From NCBI RefSeq assembly GCF_001194135.2, contig NC_068990.1, positions 64,872,642 through 64,927,099 on the forward strand: a stretch of DNA of 54,458 nucleotides. Reading direction: 5' to 3'. The translations under genes were made by a program, and so were the position numbers. The DNA is from Octopus bimaculoides (lineage: Eukaryota). Shown one piece after another: positions 51,393 to 54,458 of the stretch (within the stretch, counting starts at the first letter, position 1; each line of letters opens with the position of its first letter). Below the pieces are notes generated by a model. The model worked only from the letters and a program-made list of their open reading frames with translations, was not told where the DNA came from and did no database searches.

Positions 51393-51864
51393 NNNNNNNN
51401 NNNNNNNNNNNNNNNNNNNNNNNNNNNNNNNNNNNNNNNNNNNNNNNNNNNNNNNNNNNNNNNNNNNNNNNNNNNNNNNNNNNNNNNNNNNNNNNNNNNN
51501 NNNNNNNNNNNNNNNNNNNNNNNNNNNNNNNNNNNNNNNNNNNNNNNNNNNNNNNNNNNNNNNNNNNNNNNNNNNNNNNNNNNNNNNNNNNNNNNNNNNN
51601 NNNNNNNNNNNNNNNNNNNNNNNNNNNNNNNNNNNNNNNNNNNNNNNNNNNNNNNNNNNNNNNNNNNNNNNNNNNNNNNNNNNNNNNNNNNNNNNNNNNN
51701 NNNNNNNNNNNNNNNNNNNNNNNNNNNNNNNNNNNNNNNNNNNNNNNNNNNNNNNNNNNNNNNNNNNNNNNNNNNNNNNNNNNNNNNNNNNNNNNNNNNN
51801 NNNNNNNNNNNNNNNNNNNNNNNNNNNNNNNNNNNNNNNNNNNNNNNNNNNNNNNNNNNNNNNA

Positions 51865-52200
51865 TAGGATCGCGGTTTCGATTCCCAGACCAGGCATTGT
51901 GAGTGTTTATTGAGTGAATACACCTAAACCTCCACGAGGCTCCGGCAGGGGATGGTGGCGAACCCTGCTGTACTCTTTCACCACAACTTTCTCTCACTCT
52001 TACTTCCTGTTTCTGTTGTACCTGTAATTCAAAGGGTCAGCCTTGTCACACTCTCTGTCACGCTGAATATCCCCGAGAACTACGTTAAGGGTACACGTGT
52101 CTGTGGAGTGCTCAGCCACTTGCACGTTAATTTCACGAGCAGGCTGTTCCGTTGATCGGATCAACTGGAACCCTCGTCGTCGTAAGCGACGGAGTGCCCG
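51865..52200 (+). mobile_element. SINE family 2, 5' end in gap, followed by a SINE family 1 3' half (to ~52375)
   Basis: Near-identical to the 8465-8777 region and the reverse complement of the 31581 copy. Confidence 0.88.
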
Positions 52201-52480
52201 CTACTATAGCTTGACAACCGATCTTGGTGTGTTTAAATCTCCGTAACTTAGCAGTTCGGCCTAAGAGACCGATAGAATAAGTACCAGGCTTACAAAGGAT
52301 AAGTCCAGGGTCGATCACTTCGACTAAAAGGCAGTGCTCCAGCAAGGTCACGGTCAAAATGACCGAAACAAAAGAATATATCCCTACATATATTAACTTT
52401 TGAATATGTATGTATGTATGTTTTATATATCAAGCCAAAGCGAGTTTATTTGCATCACAATTTCGAAATATATATACGTT

Positions 52481-52530
<50 letters not shown>

Positions 52531-54011
52531 TGTGTGTGTGTGTATACTCCCTTGGTACATGTATATATATATATATATATATACATGCATATGCATACAC
52601 GCACACACACATACACACACATACTCTCACACACACACACATATATACATACATACATACATACATACATACTGGAGTGAACACCTGTTACAATGAAGTA
52701 GAGAAATTTGAAAAGACAACACGAAACCGGTTATTTCTCCAAAATACAATGTTTATATACCAAAAAAATTTTATAACATTTTTCTGACATAATTTAAATA
52801 TATACTTTAACCATGTAACACAAGCCTTCTGTAGATTTTTCACTTTTATTATCTTTTATACATCCAACCACGTGCTTTCACATACCAACTTTCTCACCCA
52901 TATATATATATATATATATATATATANNNNNNNNNNNNNNNNNNNNNNNNNNNNNNNNNNNNNNNNNNNNNNNNNNNNNNNNNNNNNNNNNNNNNNNNNN
53001 NNNNNNNNNNNNNNNNNNNNNNNNNNNNNNNNNNNNNNNNNNNNNNNNNNNNNNNNNNNNNNNNNNNNNNNNNNNNNNNNNNNNNNNNNNNNNNNNNNNN
53101 NNNNNNNNNNNNNNNNNNNNNNNNNNNNNNNNNNNNNNNNNNNNNNNNNNNNNNNNNNNNNNNNNNNNNNNNNNNNNNNNNNNNNNNNNNNNNNNNNNNN
53201 NNNNNNNNNNNNNNNNNNNNNNNNNNNNNNNNNNNNNNNNNNNNNNNNNNNNNNNNNNNNNNNNNNNNNNNNNNNNNNNNNNNNNNNNNNNNNNNNNNNN
53301 NNNNNNNNNNNNNNNNNNNNNNNNNNNNNNNNNNNNNNNNNNNNNNNNNNNNNNNNNNNNNNNNNNNNNNNNNNNNNNNNNNNNNNNNNNNNNNNNNNNN
53401 TATATATATATTCAAAACAACAGAAAGAACTAGTTTTCTTCGCCATGAAAAGACACTTTTTCAAATGAATCAAAACTGTCATGAGTGAAAGGAAATCACA
53501 TTTAATAATAATAAATCGATATGTCCAAAATAGACACCTCTATTCAATGGTGCACTCTATTTCTATCTTAAAAATCCGTAAAATTTGAAAAATTGCTACG
53601 GAACCTCCTTTTTACGGTAATATTTGTCGAAAATCGAATATCTTCATTCTTTCCTTCTGCCCACAGCTCCTGGTAGAGTCTTAAGGGTGTTATGTACGGA
53701 GTTCATTCTTTTCTAGGTTTTACCATGGAGGGTTTCTTCTAGAAAAAGAGAGAGAGAAGAGTATTTCCTAGTACAGAGCTCATACTTGTGCTTATCGACT
53801 CCGACGAGATAAAAGGATAGAGGACAAAATTGACCTCGACAGTATTCGAGCACAGAAACACACACATATATAATATGTATATAAAGACAGAAAGATAGAG
53901 AAAGAGATGTAAATAGGCATATAAACATGAGTTGGCTTGATGAGTATATTTACGTGGCATACAAAAATACAAATATAAGAATTCAAAAAACGAATTGAGT
54001 TATGTATTGGT

Positions 54012-54056
54012 CTTGGCAGCTGTTTCGAGTGAACTATCACTCATGTCAGGACGAAG
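54012..54056 (-). ncRNA. Degenerate Penelope-type hammerhead remnant
   Basis: Minus strand CTGACAT-gagtga-tagt-tcactc-GAAAC-agct-GCC. Perfect 6-bp stem II and palindromic loop III; core and stem I are mutated. Confidence 0.4.
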
Positions 54057-54458
54057 TTCATTGTATAAAAAAGACCCATAATGTCGTAGGGGTGTAGAAT
54101 AACTTGAGTTCCTATGGGTCAGTAAGGTAAAGTCATGTCACCATCATCGGAAGAATATGACTAAAAGCCCCGTGAATTTCTGTACCACGTTTGCTTTTGC
54201 ACTCTCCAACGCATACATACATATATTCATATAGATACATATGTATATATATATATATGTATATACATATACATATGTATATGTATGTGTATATATATAT
54301 ATCCATATATCTATGTATATATGTATCTCTCTTTCCTTTCCCGAGCATCTAATAACACTATCTGTATCACGTCCTCACGTTGTTGTTTTTTTGTTATTGT
54401 TTTTTGTCTTTTTCCTTTTTTTGAACTTATATATATATATATATATACATATATATAT

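Overview
AT-rich, microsatellite-saturated draft eukaryotic DNA with 12 N-gaps. The recurrent tRNA-derived SINE families look like those of octopus (inferred by recognition, not by database search). No intact protein-coding gene could be reconstructed. The window is mostly decayed transposons: Tc1 elements with D34E, D35E and D36E spacings, two mariners, a MULE with a nested hAT MITE, a Chapaev-3-like element, a Merlin fragment, RTE, R4/Dong-like, CR1/Jockey-like and Tx1-like LINEs, two Penelope GIY-YIG fragments, a 164-bp solo LTR and three SINE families. It also holds a processed RPS2 pseudogene and one good candidate host exon (43556-43705). The most interesting signal is at 50147-51024: two inverted, circularly permuted copies of a ~356-bp non-coding unit, each carrying a minimal type I hammerhead-ribozyme motif with a non-canonical core and a compensatory base-pair change. 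This is a candidate retrozyme-like circular-RNA retroelement. Further degenerate Penelope-type hammerheads occur at ~8310, ~21700 and ~54030. All calls were made by eye; boundaries of decayed elements are approximate.
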